A stretch of DNA of 64,000 nucleotides. It comes from Spirochaetia bacterium (GTDB lineage: Bacteria > Spirochaetota > Spirochaetia > UBA9216). Below are positions 1 to 10,212 of this stretch, in pieces. The stretch is from positions 160,001-224,000 of the forward strand of contig OZ223267.1 in assembly GCA_965140585.1 (NCBI GenBank). The letters are read 5' to 3'. The position numbers were made by a program, and so were the translations under genes. Under the pieces are notes generated by a model that worked only from the letters and a program-made list of their open reading frames with translations, was not told where the DNA came from and made no database searches. How positions within the stretch are numbered: the first letter of the stretch is position 1; each line of letters begins with the position of its first letter.

Positions 1-1695
1 GCTGTCGACTGATAATGGAAGTTCTTTTATCATTCCCTTTGTAATGATTTCGGGAAGAAGCTGTGCTTCGGTACTTCCTACCGGATACCAGGAGTAGAAT
101 GGGACTCCGGCTCGTCCGTGCATGTTCAGCCAAGCGTCAATTTCCGGATTTCGCTTTGTATAATCTCCGTGAATCAGGATGACGTTATTTTCTTCAAAAA
201 AATCTTCTATTTCTTCTGTGAATATAACAGTGGTTTCATTTGTTCTGCATGTCATGCACCAGCGAGCTGAAAACAGAACAAAAACCGGCTGATTTCCTCC
301 GACAGCATCATTTACAAGTTCCGGAGAAAACTTCAGCCATTCCTCGAAGTGTTCAGTCTCAGCTGAGGTCCCGGATTCTGTATCAGAGAGACTCTGCACT
401 TCAGAACTTCTGACCAGAAATACTGCTCCGACTGAAATCACAGCAACTGCAATCAATGCGGTAATTGTCCTTCCTGCGGTACTGTACTGTTTCGCAGATA
501 TTTTCCCGTACAGCCAGGCTATAACTGCAAGGAAAAGCAGATAGATAAGAGTTAATGTTATTGCTGCCGGACCGCTCTGGTATACAAGCACATCAAAAAG
601 CCATACAGCAGTACCCATAAGCAGAAATGCCATTACCTCTCTGAATATATTCATCCATGCGCCTGGGTTCGGAAGTTTCTTAACCAGCCCTGGGAAGAAT
701 CCTATTAAAAGGAAGGGAAGGGCAAGTCCAAGCCCCACGAAAAAGAAAATAAGAATAATTACGGGTGCTGTGCTTGAGAATGCAAAACCTGCGGCGGTTC
801 CGAGGAAGGGGGCTGTACATGGCGTTGCCAGCAGTACTGCTATAACACCGCTGAAAAAGTGGGCACTTGAGTGTCCCGCTTTCTTTACCGGAGTCCCCGA
901 TTTTATTACCGGTGCCGCAATAGTGAATACTTCAAAAAGCGAAAGTCCGAACACGAATATTACGGTCAGCAGAAAAACGATAAATCCCCTGTTCTGAAAC
1001 TGAAAACCCCATCCTACCTTTGTTCCGGCTGCCTTGATTATAATTACAGCGGCGGCAAGTGCCAGCATCGAGGCTATGACTCCTGCTGTATACAAAAGTG
1101 AGGATGTCAGTATCTGTTTACGGTCATCGCCGCCCTGCTTTACCAGGCTTAGAGCCTTTATAGAAAGAACGGGGAGTACGCAGGGCATTACATTAAGCAA
1201 CAGTCCGCCGGCGAATGCAAGAAGAATGAATAGAAGCAGGCCTGAGCCGGCGGAGGACTGTGTTGTTTCGGTCTGTTCTGTATCGAAGCTTAATGATTCA
1301 GAGGCGGGGAAAAAACATGTTCCGTTTTCATCACAGAGCTGCCAGTGAACATCAATCGATATTGATTCACTTTTTACTCCCGATATTTCTGCGCTCAGTT
1401 CAACGGTTCCGTAATAATTTAAAAGACCATCCTCTGATTTTCCCTTAGGATAGAAAATTTCACCCATCTTAACGCCTTGCGGAGCTGTTATTTCAAAACG
1501 GAAGAAATCCTCTGAAAAGGTCTGATGATAACCTTCCGGAATTACATATGTGACTGTTAATACCCCTGTTCCGTTATTGTCAATGTAAGCCTCTGCAGAA
1601 ACTTCAGCCGGCGGTACTGATATCTGCGCGCTGAGCGTGCTGATTGATACAGCTGCCAAAAAAAGAGATATAATAAAACCGTTTATTTTTTTCAC
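1..1695 (-). CDS. dsbD: Thiol:disulfide interchange protein DsbD (3' end runs off the window; missing from the ORF track)
   Basis: Manual translation from GTG at 1695: signal peptide MKKINGFIISLFL, alpha-domain QLCDENGTCFFP, membrane motifs MPCVLPVLSIKA and TPCTAPF, thioredoxin WCMTC. Confidence 0.9.
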   Translation of the reverse strand, partial: MKKINGFIISLFLAAVSISTLSAQISVPPAEVSAEAYIDNNGTGVLTVTYVIPEGYHQTFSEDFFRFEITAPQGVKMGEIFYPKGKSEDGLLNYYGTVELSAEISGVKSESISIDVHWQLCDENGTCFFPASESLSFDTEQTETTQSSAGSGLLLFILLAFAGGLLLNVMPCVLPVLSIKALSLVKQGGDDRKQILTSSLLYTAGVIASMLALAAAVIIIKAAGTKVGWGFQFQNRGFIVFLLTVIFVFGLSLFEVFTIAAPVIKSGTPVKKAGHSSAHFFSGVIAVLLATPCTAPFLGTAAGFAFSSTAPVIILIFFFVGLGLALPFLLIGFFPGLVKKLPNPGAWMNIFREVMAFLLMGTAVWLFDVLVYQSGPAAITLTLIYLLFLAVIAWLYGKISAKQYSTAGRTITALIAVAVISVGAVFLVRSSEVQSLSDTESGTSAETEHFEEWLKFSPELVNDAVGGNQPVFVLFSARWCMTCRTNETTVIFTEEIEDFFEENNVILIHGDYTKRNPEIDAWLNMHGRAGVPFYSWYPVGSTEAQLLPEIITKGMIKELPLSVDS

Positions 1696-2402
1696 TGCAT
1701 TACCCCCAGCATTGTAATCAGAAGAACAGAAAAGTTATAAAGACCATGTCCGATTGCGACAGTATGTATTGATCCTGTTTTTATAAACATGAAAGTAAGA
1801 AATCCGCCGATTAGCAGAATGGCTCCGGCTGCGTACAATCCTTCGTAGATATGTCCCGAGGCGAAAAGCAGAACGTTAAGTACTGCCGCAGCGGGAAGAC
1901 TGACTCCACGTTTTGTGAGCGAGTTGATAAGATAGGCTCTGAAGAAGATCTCCTCACTGTAGCCTGTCAGTATGCAGGAAACAAAAACCAGCGGCAGAAG
2001 TTCCGGACGGCTGAATACCCATCCATTGCCGTAGATCATGCTGTTGCTGTAATCGGGTTCAATCAGCATTGCCGCTGTGCCGGCTATTGCAAGGCATGAA
2101 AATATCCCGGCAAGAGTGAGCAGTGACAGCGGAATGTCCTTCAGTCTGATTTTTCTAATCCCGAAGTCGCTGAGAGGCTGTCCGGGTTTAAGAATTATAA
2201 GATATATAATGAAAAGGATCTGCGGGAGTGTAGTTATAATGTAGATAAAGTTGAACCATGAGCTTTCAAATACCGCCGGATCGTAATCAGATGTTCCCTG
2301 AGAGAGGTATCCGGGCAGAAAAAACACCGCAAAAAGAAGCAGAGGCTCAAATGCTGTTAAATCTATTTTTTTTCTGTTTCTACTGGAAAAAAACTCATTC
2401 AC
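1692..2402 (-). CDS. CPBP/CAAX (Abi) family intramembrane metalloprotease
   Basis: EEIFFR, FASGH and HGLYN motifs in a hydrophobic protein; start moved to in-frame GTG 2402 to avoid overlap with the divergent gene. Confidence 0.8.
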   Translation of the reverse strand: MNEFFSSRNRKKIDLTAFEPLLLFAVFFLPGYLSQGTSDYDPAVFESSWFNFIYIITTLPQILFIIYLIILKPGQPLSDFGIRKIRLKDIPLSLLTLAGIFSCLAIAGTAAMLIEPDYSNSMIYGNGWVFSRPELLPLVFVSCILTGYSEEIFFRAYLINSLTKRGVSLPAAAVLNVLLFASGHIYEGLYAAGAILLIGGFLTFMFIKTGSIHTVAIGHGLYNFSVLLITMLGVMQ

Positions 2403-2487
2403 CCTGTAGAATATTATCAATATTTTAGTTAATTGCAAGGATAATCGTGAAGTTACAGTTATAAGGTAAGAGATCGATACTAGAGTT

Positions 2488-3522
2488 ATGTTGATTGTAG
2501 TAGCCGTAATATTTTTTCTGCTGATCATACTCATTTCCATCCTCAGGAAAATGGGGGGGGGCAATTTCCCCTGGGCTCAGTTCTATGCAAAGGGCCGTGA
2601 ATCCGGATTTTCACTGAAAGAGATCAATCTCCTTCGAAAGGTGGCAGTTGAAAACAGGCTTGAAAATCCTACTTCACTGTTCTGGTCAATAAAACAGCTT
2701 GATCGCTCTATTCGCGGAACTATTATCAAGTTCCGGAATGAGGGAGTTAGCGGCAATGAAGAGAATATCAACTTTGTTTCAAAGCTTTTTGATTTCAGAA
2801 GCCGTGTTGAGCTTAATCTTCCGAAATTTACACTCGGACTTAAAACCTCCCGTAAAATATCACAGCATCAGAAAATCAAGATAAATCTCCCGGGTGCAGG
2901 AACTTACACCGCCAGTGTTGTAGAGAATCTTAAAAAATACCTTGCTATTTCCTATCCTGAAGGACCGGTTCTGCCTCAGGGCTTTGACTGGAAGGCTCAG
3001 GATATAAATATCTTCTTCTGGCGTGCGGATGATGCCGGATACACTTTTGATTCAATAGTAATAGATGATTTTTCTGATAAAAACTATTCTATACTCCATA
3101 TTGCCCACTCCGATAATCTTCAGAGAAGTCAGAAGCGCTCATCAGTCAGAATTGATGTTAATAAACCGGCGTATCTGTATCTTCTGAAAAGTATTGGTGA
3201 AGCCAATGAACGGGAAGAGAAAACTGCCGGTCTGAGATGCCGCCTGATTGATGTCTCTGAAGGCGGTGCAGCGATAATGATTGGCGGAAAAGCCAGAGTC
3301 GGTATTGCAGTCAAGCTCCAATTCAGTCTGGGCCCTTATAAAATCAGAATGTGTGGTAATGTTAAAGGTGTGAACTTCAATCCGAAACGAAACCAGTCCA
3401 TTCTGCATCTGCAGGCAGTTCCGCTGCATCCTGTGATGAGAAATCAGCTCCTCTCCTATATTTACAATATTTTCGGAGAAAGAGAATCTCTGGGCAGGAA
3501 GAGCAGGGTAACCAATTACTAA
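2488..3522 (+). CDS. Membrane-anchored PilZ-domain (flagellar-brake-like) c-di-GMP receptor
   Basis: N-terminal TM helix; QKRSSVR (RxxxR) and DVSEGG (DxSxxG) PilZ motifs. Confidence 0.8.
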   Translation: MLIVVAVIFFLLIILISILRKMGGGNFPWAQFYAKGRESGFSLKEINLLRKVAVENRLENPTSLFWSIKQLDRSIRGTIIKFRNEGVSGNEENINFVSKLFDFRSRVELNLPKFTLGLKTSRKISQHQKIKINLPGAGTYTASVVENLKKYLAISYPEGPVLPQGFDWKAQDINIFFWRADDAGYTFDSIVIDDFSDKNYSILHIAHSDNLQRSQKRSSVRIDVNKPAYLYLLKSIGEANEREEKTAGLRCRLIDVSEGGAAIMIGGKARVGIAVKLQFSLGPYKIRMCGNVKGVNFNPKRNQSILHLQAVPLHPVMRNQLLSYIYNIFGERESLGRKSRVTNY

Positions 3523-3531
3523 GGGGTATAG

Positions 3532-4731
3532 ATGAAAGCCAGATTAAGGTTTTTTAGCATTTTACTTATATTATCCATTTTATCCTCATTCACAGTCTTT
3601 GCTCAGGAAAGCATAGATGTTGTTGAAGCCTTCCGGAAAAACTTCACCAGAGGCAGTCTTGCCACCAAGGCAAGGGTTCTTCAGGATTCAATAGACTACA
3701 AGAATTCCGATATGTCGGAACTCTATCTGCTCTCTCTCAACTTTGTAATAGATAACTCATGGATGCTGGTGAATGATGCTCAGGGAAGGGAACTCGTTCT
3801 TTTCACTGTCAGACTGCTTGGAACAACAGGCGTCGAATCATCAGCAGGAAAGCTGTGGACTTTCTTCAGCGAAATCGAGGATAATGAAATAAGAGTTGAA
3901 ATCATGAATGCCCTTGGCGATACAGCTTCGGGTGATAAAAATATAATCATCGGCATAAATGAATGGCTCAGACTGCAGAACAGTCAGTACAAGAGCGGTA
4001 AAAGTGTTGATGAAAAGCTAATTTCCGAAACCGTTGCAACACTCGGCCGAATCGGAGACCCTTCCTCCTTTCCTGTTGTTTTTACTACGGGGACGATCGG
4101 ATACTCGGAAGATGTGAATCTGAGTGTTTCCGAGGCATTAAACGGGATAGACGGATATTTTACAGACCATATAATACAAGTTATTAAAAGCTCCACATCA
4201 GAGGAAAAACTTGCTGCACTCAAGGCTGCTTTCAGTCAGAGTAATCTGACAAGGGAGGACAAGGCTTCAATTGCCGAGGTCGCTCTCGATGTAGGCTTGT
4301 ACAGTGATGCAAAATCTCCTGCCGATGAGAAAAATCTCCGTGACCTCCGCTTTGAAGCTGTCAGGGAGCTTACACAGCTTAACTGGAGCGGTGTATCAGA
4401 AGGGCTGATTAAACACTTCGACTATACGGTTTTTGAATTCGAACAGGGCGTAATCAGGAAGGTTAATCTCCTTGAAGCAATAGACGCACTCGGCTCTGCC
4501 GGGACTCATGATGCAGCAGTAAGGCTGACACTGTATCTTGAGGTTTTAAATACATACACTGAAAACGGCCAGCCTGTTGATGAACAGATTATTCTGGGGG
4601 TTATAAGAAACCTCGGTAAACTGGGAGACAGCACGGCTTTCGACTACCTTCTCTACACCGGCTATCTCAATTATTCCGGTACTGTCCAGCGGGCGGCAAG
4701 AGAGGCGTTGAAGAATCTTAAAAGTATGTAA
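3532..4731 (+). CDS. Exported HEAT-repeat protein
   Basis: Signal peptide ending AQE; repeated ALG/LG.LG helical units. Confidence 0.7.
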   Translation: MKARLRFFSILLILSILSSFTVFAQESIDVVEAFRKNFTRGSLATKARVLQDSIDYKNSDMSELYLLSLNFVIDNSWMLVNDAQGRELVLFTVRLLGTTGVESSAGKLWTFFSEIEDNEIRVEIMNALGDTASGDKNIIIGINEWLRLQNSQYKSGKSVDEKLISETVATLGRIGDPSSFPVVFTTGTIGYSEDVNLSVSEALNGIDGYFTDHIIQVIKSSTSEEKLAALKAAFSQSNLTREDKASIAEVALDVGLYSDAKSPADEKNLRDLRFEAVRELTQLNWSGVSEGLIKHFDYTVFEFEQGVIRKVNLLEAIDALGSAGTHDAAVRLTLYLEVLNTYTENGQPVDEQIILGVIRNLGKLGDSTAFDYLLYTGYLNYSGTVQRAAREALKNLKSM

Positions 4732-4807
4732 AAATAAAATTCTGAGTTTCTTCATCTCAAATCCGCTGGTAACCGGCTTTTTTCTCATCATTCTTTTACG
4801 TCTGTGT

Positions 4808-6214
4808 TTGATTGATTACTTTGAACTTAGAACCCGGCTGATAATCAGTGCTGTGCTCACTTCTGCAGTCGTATTCATCCTGAGGCGAGGCAGGTCTGAA
4901 AGCGCAGTGAAGATGAGGATACTGCTTTCCACGCTCGCTGCCGCCCTTATTGTCACTGGGCTGAGTTTTGAGCTGCGTCTGCGAAACTCGGCAGCATTTA
5001 CAGGCATTCCGTATGATTCAGTCATTGAAGTGGAAGCTGTGGCTATATCGGACAGCTATTTAACCGCCTCGGGCAGATATCTTGCCGAAGCCTCGATCAG
5101 GCATGCAGAATCCGGCAACGGAGTTAAAACCACTGCTTCGGGGAAACTCCTTGTTTTCTTTGATGATGATCCGCTTCTTAGTCAGGGGGAGTTTTTCAGT
5201 ATTGGAGGCGGCCTGATAAAATCCGATACCGGTGCCCAAGGCCTTAGTTTTCACAAGCCTGAGATTTTTCTGCTTTTCTCAAAAAAAGCAGGTCCGGTGA
5301 GGATGGGCTGGAAGTCGGGTATATACCGGATACGCTCAGAACTTCTTTCCTCTGCACAGCGCAGACTTATGAGGCTTGAGAAAGGTTCCTGCGGTATTCT
5401 TGTTGCTCTTTTTACCGGCAGCAGGAATATGATGGAGCGTTCCGATACCGAACTGTTCAGAACCGCCGGTGCAGCGCATATTCTGGCTCTTTCGGGAATG
5501 CACCTGGGAATAATGTGCGGTATCCTCTATTTTCTCCTGATTCCCCTGACAGGAAAAAGAACGGCATTTATCATCTGCTCGGTGATTGTTGTGCTCTATC
5601 TTTTTCTCACAGGATTTGGAGAATCACTTGTCAGGGCTGCACTGATGTTCTTTCTGATTGGGCTCAATGAGCAGCTTAACCGGAAATCCACGTTTACAGA
5701 TATCCTGATGCTGAGTTTTGTAATTATGACATTAATCAGCCCTGAGGCGTTTTATACTATATCTTTCAGACTTTCCTTTATGGCCATAGCCGGTATGGTC
5801 TACTTTGGAAGTCTTTTTAACCGGGGACTTCCGAATCAGATTCCCCGCTGGCTGCGTATGTCAGTCAGTGCCTCTGCAGGTGCCCAGACTGCTGTTCTTC
5901 CGATTGTTCTGTCTGTTTTTGGAAAAGTGTATCCGGCCGGACTCATTTCAGGGATAGTCCTAACCCCTCTTGTTACTTTGTTTATATGGACAGGACTGCT
6001 TTTTTTGATTACAGGTTGGGAAATGCTATCAATTTGTATAGAATTCATTTATAAAATAATCAGGACTGCTGCTGAAATATTTTCGGCTCTGCCGTCTTTC
6101 GGAACTGATAAGTTTTTAATTGCCGGTACGCTTGGCTTTTACTCAGTTCTGATAATTACAGTTATTTTTCTGATAATCAGGGAAAGGTATAATGAACTAT
6201 CCGTTAAACTATGA
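4808..6214 (+). CDS. comEC: ComEC/Rec2 competence channel protein (no metallo-beta-lactamase domain)
   Basis: GAAHILALSGMHLG, SLVRAALM and SFRLSF motifs; start uncertain. Confidence 0.85.
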   Translation: MIDYFELRTRLIISAVLTSAVVFILRRGRSESAVKMRILLSTLAAALIVTGLSFELRLRNSAAFTGIPYDSVIEVEAVAISDSYLTASGRYLAEASIRHAESGNGVKTTASGKLLVFFDDDPLLSQGEFFSIGGGLIKSDTGAQGLSFHKPEIFLLFSKKAGPVRMGWKSGIYRIRSELLSSAQRRLMRLEKGSCGILVALFTGSRNMMERSDTELFRTAGAAHILALSGMHLGIMCGILYFLLIPLTGKRTAFIICSVIVVLYLFLTGFGESLVRAALMFFLIGLNEQLNRKSTFTDILMLSFVIMTLISPEAFYTISFRLSFMAIAGMVYFGSLFNRGLPNQIPRWLRMSVSASAGAQTAVLPIVLSVFGKVYPAGLISGIVLTPLVTLFIWTGLLFLITGWEMLSICIEFIYKIIRTAAEIFSALPSFGTDKFLIAGTLGFYSVLIITVIFLIIRERYNELSVKL

Positions 6215-7058
6215 TTCACCTTCGGAACTGCGTGAATTTCTTGAAAATCATGAACTCAGTATGAAAAAACGCTTCGGGCAGAATTTTCTGGTTAACAAAG
6301 GTGCCCGTGAAAAAATTGTAGGTCTTTTAGGCGCCGAAGCAGGCGAGAAGGCCTGGGAGATAGGCCCCGGACTGGGCTCCATGACATGGCACATGCTTGA
6401 AAAAGGATTCGATCTCACTGTTTTTGAAATTGACAATGGTTTTGCAAATCTGCTTAGAGATTTTTATTCAGATCTTCCGAATTTCAGTATTATTCAGGGT
6501 GATTTTCTAAAAACTTTTAAAAATGAAGCTGAAACTGCTGGTATTCCGCCTTTTGTTATAGGAAACCTTCCGTACTCTTCCGGCTCTCCGATGATTGCGA
6601 TGATTATAAAAAATGATCTCAGTCCGCGAACAATGGTGTTTACAGTTCAGAAGGAGGTGGCTCAGCGGATGGCTGCAAAACCGGGAAGCAAAGACTACTC
6701 GGTTTTTTCTCTTATAAGCGGATCGAAATATACAGTAGAACTTTCAGGAGATCTAAAGGCCGGATCTTTCTATCCGAGACCAGCTGTAGTGTCATCAGTT
6801 GTGAAGCTTACAAAGCATAACAGTTTTGATCCAGGTGACCCTGCGGTTTACTATACTCTTATAGATGACATGTTTCTCTCACGAAGGAAGAAAATATCGA
6901 ATAATTTGGCTTCCGGACGTCTTGCTGCAAGATTCGGCCGTGAAAAAGTGCTTGATGCCTTAAATTCTTCCGGGATTTCTGCCGAGAGAAGGGGTGAGAC
7001 CGTATCTGTTGAAGAGGCTCAGCATCTCAGCAGGCTGATCTCAAAAGAGTTTAATTAA
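6192..7058 (+). CDS. rsmA: 16S rRNA dimethyladenosine transferase
   Basis: KKRFGQNFL, EIGPGLG, GNLPY and QKEVAQR motifs. Confidence 0.95.
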   Translation: MNYPLNYDSPSELREFLENHELSMKKRFGQNFLVNKGAREKIVGLLGAEAGEKAWEIGPGLGSMTWHMLEKGFDLTVFEIDNGFANLLRDFYSDLPNFSIIQGDFLKTFKNEAETAGIPPFVIGNLPYSSGSPMIAMIIKNDLSPRTMVFTVQKEVAQRMAAKPGSKDYSVFSLISGSKYTVELSGDLKAGSFYPRPAVVSSVVKLTKHNSFDPGDPAVYYTLIDDMFLSRRKKISNNLASGRLAARFGREKVLDALNSSGISAERRGETVSVEEAQHLSRLISKEFN

Positions 7059-7130
7059 TTTGGACAGTTCTTTTGACTAAAAAGATCTAAAAACATATAA
7101 TTTATTAATAAGATACATGCATAGGAGAAG

Positions 7131-8003
7131 TTGGTAATGAAGAAGTTTGCAATAATCACAGCGGTGATTGCAGCAGTATTTTTTTCAGGGTGTGCGACAA
7201 CAGAGTCTGGATCCACAGAGGAACAGGATGAAAAAACGGTGGAGAAGGCTGCTGAAGTTGAAAAAGAAACTGTGTATGAAACAGTTTACATACCCCATCC
7301 CGTAAAAGAGACATCATATTATAGTGACGGATATATAGAAAGCTATAAGAATTTTACCTACGATGCAGATATGAATCTTCTAAAAGAAGAGCTGCACGAT
7401 TCGTTTGATGAAATTATTGAATCGCTTGAATTTACTGTGGCAGGCGGTAAAACAAACATGAAAACCGTTTACGACAACAGGGGCGGCATTCAGTCTAAAA
7501 GAGCTTTCAGCTATAACGCTGCAGGGTTTCTTTCCCGTGAAGAGATCATGAACCCTGAGGGTGCGCTTCAGAATGTATCTGAGTACGAATATGACTCCCA
7601 GGGAAATAAAACACGATGGATGATCCTGAGCGCGGATGGTGTAATGCTTTCAGACACGGTTTATAAGTATGAAAATGGCCTAAACACAAGAATAGAGATT
7701 TATAATGGTGCAAAGATTCAGGAATATTTTGTTCTTGATTATGAAGACGGCAACCTTATAAGGAAATCTCATTTCGAAGATGATGGGAAACTGGCTGATT
7801 CGGTTGAATACGAATATGTGAATGGAATGCGCAGTGCCGAGAATTATCTCAGGGCAAACGGTTCATTGAGCAGAAAAGTATTGATCGTCAATGATGATAA
7901 AGGTAATCCCGTAAAAAAAGAATTTTTTGACGGAAGTGGAAAGCTTAGAGACTTTGTTGAATATGAATATAAATATACAACAGAGCAGAGAGCTGTTAAC
8001 TGA
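7131..8003 (+). CDS. Lipoprotein with YD/beta-hairpin repeats
   Basis: Lipobox FFSGC; repeated YEYD..GN units. Confidence 0.65.
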   Translation: MVMKKFAIITAVIAAVFFSGCATTESGSTEEQDEKTVEKAAEVEKETVYETVYIPHPVKETSYYSDGYIESYKNFTYDADMNLLKEELHDSFDEIIESLEFTVAGGKTNMKTVYDNRGGIQSKRAFSYNAAGFLSREEIMNPEGALQNVSEYEYDSQGNKTRWMILSADGVMLSDTVYKYENGLNTRIEIYNGAKIQEYFVLDYEDGNLIRKSHFEDDGKLADSVEYEYVNGMRSAENYLRANGSLSRKVLIVNDDKGNPVKKEFFDGSGKLRDFVEYEYKYTTEQRAVN

Positions 8004-8020
8004 TAATTCAGGAGGGGATT

Positions 8021-9202
8021 ATGCGAAACAGATTTTTATTTATTCTGATAATAGCGACGCTCATTGTACCGGTTTCAATGGTTTCGGCTAACGAAACTGC
8101 AGCGGTATGGACAAGAATATACGAGGGAACTCCATCACTTGAGAATAAACTCTCAGTTATGAAGAGTATATGTGAACTGCACGACAGGGATTTAGCTCCG
8201 ATGATCACCGATACGCTTACTGAACTCGTTTATTCCAAATATCAGTATTCAACAACAAGAGATCGTCAGCTTATTTCGGATTTGAAAAGAGTGATGATTA
8301 CAGAACTTGGTAATCTGAAGGCCGTTGATGCAACACCGGTAATGTTCAAAGTTTTTGAGGAAGAGGATAACGATTTTCTTAAAGCAATAGCTATTGCCGG
8401 TATCGGTGCTGCAGGCGGACGCGACTATGCAGATGAAATTGCAGATTATCTTAGATATATCAACCTTGATATTATTCAAATTGATAATAATGAAAAAAGG
8501 GAATCCCTGGTAGGTGCATGTATATACTCACTTGAGAGACTTAAAATGCCGATCGGCTTTGAACCGGTCTTCTATGCTGCGGTAGGCGGCTACAACAGAA
8601 ATACCATAGCAAAGGCCGAACGGGCCCTTGTTAACATAATGGAAGACCCCTCGGATGAGCTGGCCTCAATAATTAGGGCTGATACACCGTATGAAATTCG
8701 TTATGCAGCCTTAAGTGTTGAGGAGCGCAGCAATGCTTCGGCTGAAAGGAAAACCGAAGTTGCTTCTGCCGCTCTGGAGGTTTCTCTTGTGTATAACGCG
8801 GCCACTCCGCGGGAAAGAGAATATCAGTCACGTTCAAAGATAAAAGCAGCTGAAATGATTCGCGATCTCGGTGTTGCTGATGATAATGCGGTTCAGTGGC
8901 TCGGAAGAATGCTCAACAGTTCTACGGATGTCAACGAGCTGGTTACCAGTCTTCAGGCTCTCGGTACCTATACAAGCGATGCTGCTGTAGAAGTGCTGAG
9001 TAAATATCTTAGGGATAACAACCAGAGAAGATCCTCAGGTATTCAGTACAATGATGAAAGAGCCATCAGGGAATGTATAAATGCGCTGGGAAACAGCGGT
9101 AATCCGAATGCCCGAGCTGAACTTACCATGGTTGAGTTTTCAAACTGGAGCAGTCAGACTATAAGAATGGCAAAGAATGCTTTAAAACAGCTTCAGCAGT
9201 AA
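8021..9202 (+). CDS. Exported HEAT-repeat protein (paralogue of 3532-4731)
   Basis: Signal peptide; helical ALG repeats; C-terminus similar to 3532-4731. Confidence 0.7.
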   Translation: MRNRFLFILIIATLIVPVSMVSANETAAVWTRIYEGTPSLENKLSVMKSICELHDRDLAPMITDTLTELVYSKYQYSTTRDRQLISDLKRVMITELGNLKAVDATPVMFKVFEEEDNDFLKAIAIAGIGAAGGRDYADEIADYLRYINLDIIQIDNNEKRESLVGACIYSLERLKMPIGFEPVFYAAVGGYNRNTIAKAERALVNIMEDPSDELASIIRADTPYEIRYAALSVEERSNASAERKTEVASAALEVSLVYNAATPREREYQSRSKIKAAEMIRDLGVADDNAVQWLGRMLNSSTDVNELVTSLQALGTYTSDAAVEVLSKYLRDNNQRRSSGIQYNDERAIRECINALGNSGNPNARAELTMVEFSNWSSQTIRMAKNALKQLQQ

Positions 9203-9274
9203 TCCGGTAAAAATGCCTGGAAGGTATTCCGGGCTTGATATAGACGTTCGGTAAAAACAGATTTGCTGATCGCC

Positions 9275-9312
9275 AAAAAAAGGGGCAGGTACTAATCATA
9301 CTGCCCCTTTTT
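9275..9312. terminator. Bidirectional intrinsic terminator
   Basis: aaaaaaaggggcag...ctgccccttttt between convergent genes. Confidence 0.8.
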
Positions 9313-9333
9313 ATTTGTATTGATTTTAACTGT

Positions 9334-10212
9334 TTAGAGTATACCGGTATCAGCCATGATCTTTTTAAAGGTCTGCTTGTCATCATCTGACATTTCGCAA
9401 AGGGGCAGTCTGTAAACTTCCTCCATCATGCCCTTGAGTGCGCATCCGTATTTAACAGGAACCGGGTTTGAGTCTATAAACAGTCCTTTGAAGAAGGGGA
9501 GCAGATGATAGTGAATTTCTCTGGCTCTTTCAAAATTACCTGCGTTTGCGTTTCTGACAAGTTCTTCCATCTCTTCCGGGATGATGTTGCTTGCTACAGA
9601 AATGATTCCCCTGGCTCCGCAGGCGATCATCGGCAGTCCCAGATTGTCATCTCCTGAGAGAATTGTGAAATCATCAGGTTTGTATAGAGCCAGTTCCATC
9701 ACCTGCGGAATACTTCCGCTTGCTTCTTTTACCGCAACAATATTCGGATGAGCAGCAAGCTTGAGCATTGTGCTGTTTTCTATGTTCTTTCCGGCTCTGC
9801 CTGGAATATTATAAACAACCATAGGTAGTTCTACAGCGTCGGCAATAGCCATAAAGTGACGGTAAAATCCTTCCTGTGAGGGTTTGTTGTAATAAGGAGC
9901 TACCTGCAGACTGTAATCGGCTCCTGCTTCCTTTGCGTGTTTTGTCAATCGGATGGCTTCTTCGGTGGAGTTTGAGCCAGTTCCGGCTATTACGGGAACC
10001 CTTCCGGCAGTTTTTTCAATTACGGCCTCTATAACCTTGTCATGTTCTTCATGGTTAAGGGTTGGGCTTTCTCCTGTTGTTCCAACCGGAACAAGTCCTG
10101 ATATACCCCTATCTATCTGAAACTCAACAAGGTTTTCAAGGCTTGTCTTATCCACTGAGCCGTCTTTGGCGAATGGGGTTACAAGTGCTGTAAATACACC
10201 TTCTAAATTCAT
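9334..10212 (-). CDS. dapA: 4-hydroxy-tetrahydrodipicolinate synthase
   Basis: GTTGESPTL, PYYNKP, YNIPGR and catalytic KEASG. Confidence 0.95.
   Translation of the reverse strand: MNLEGVFTALVTPFAKDGSVDKTSLENLVEFQIDRGISGLVPVGTTGESPTLNHEEHDKVIEAVIEKTAGRVPVIAGTGSNSTEEAIRLTKHAKEAGADYSLQVAPYYNKPSQEGFYRHFMAIADAVELPMVVYNIPGRAGKNIENSTMLKLAAHPNIVAVKEASGSIPQVMELALYKPDDFTILSGDDNLGLPMIACGARGIISVASNIIPEEMEELVRNANAGNFERAREIHYHLLPFFKGLFIDSNPVPVKYGCALKGMMEEVYRLPLCEMSDDDKQTFKKIMADTGIL

Noticed and set aside
770-1448. Short plus-strand ORFs
   Set aside because: Antisense shadows of dsbD, which is open on the minus strand
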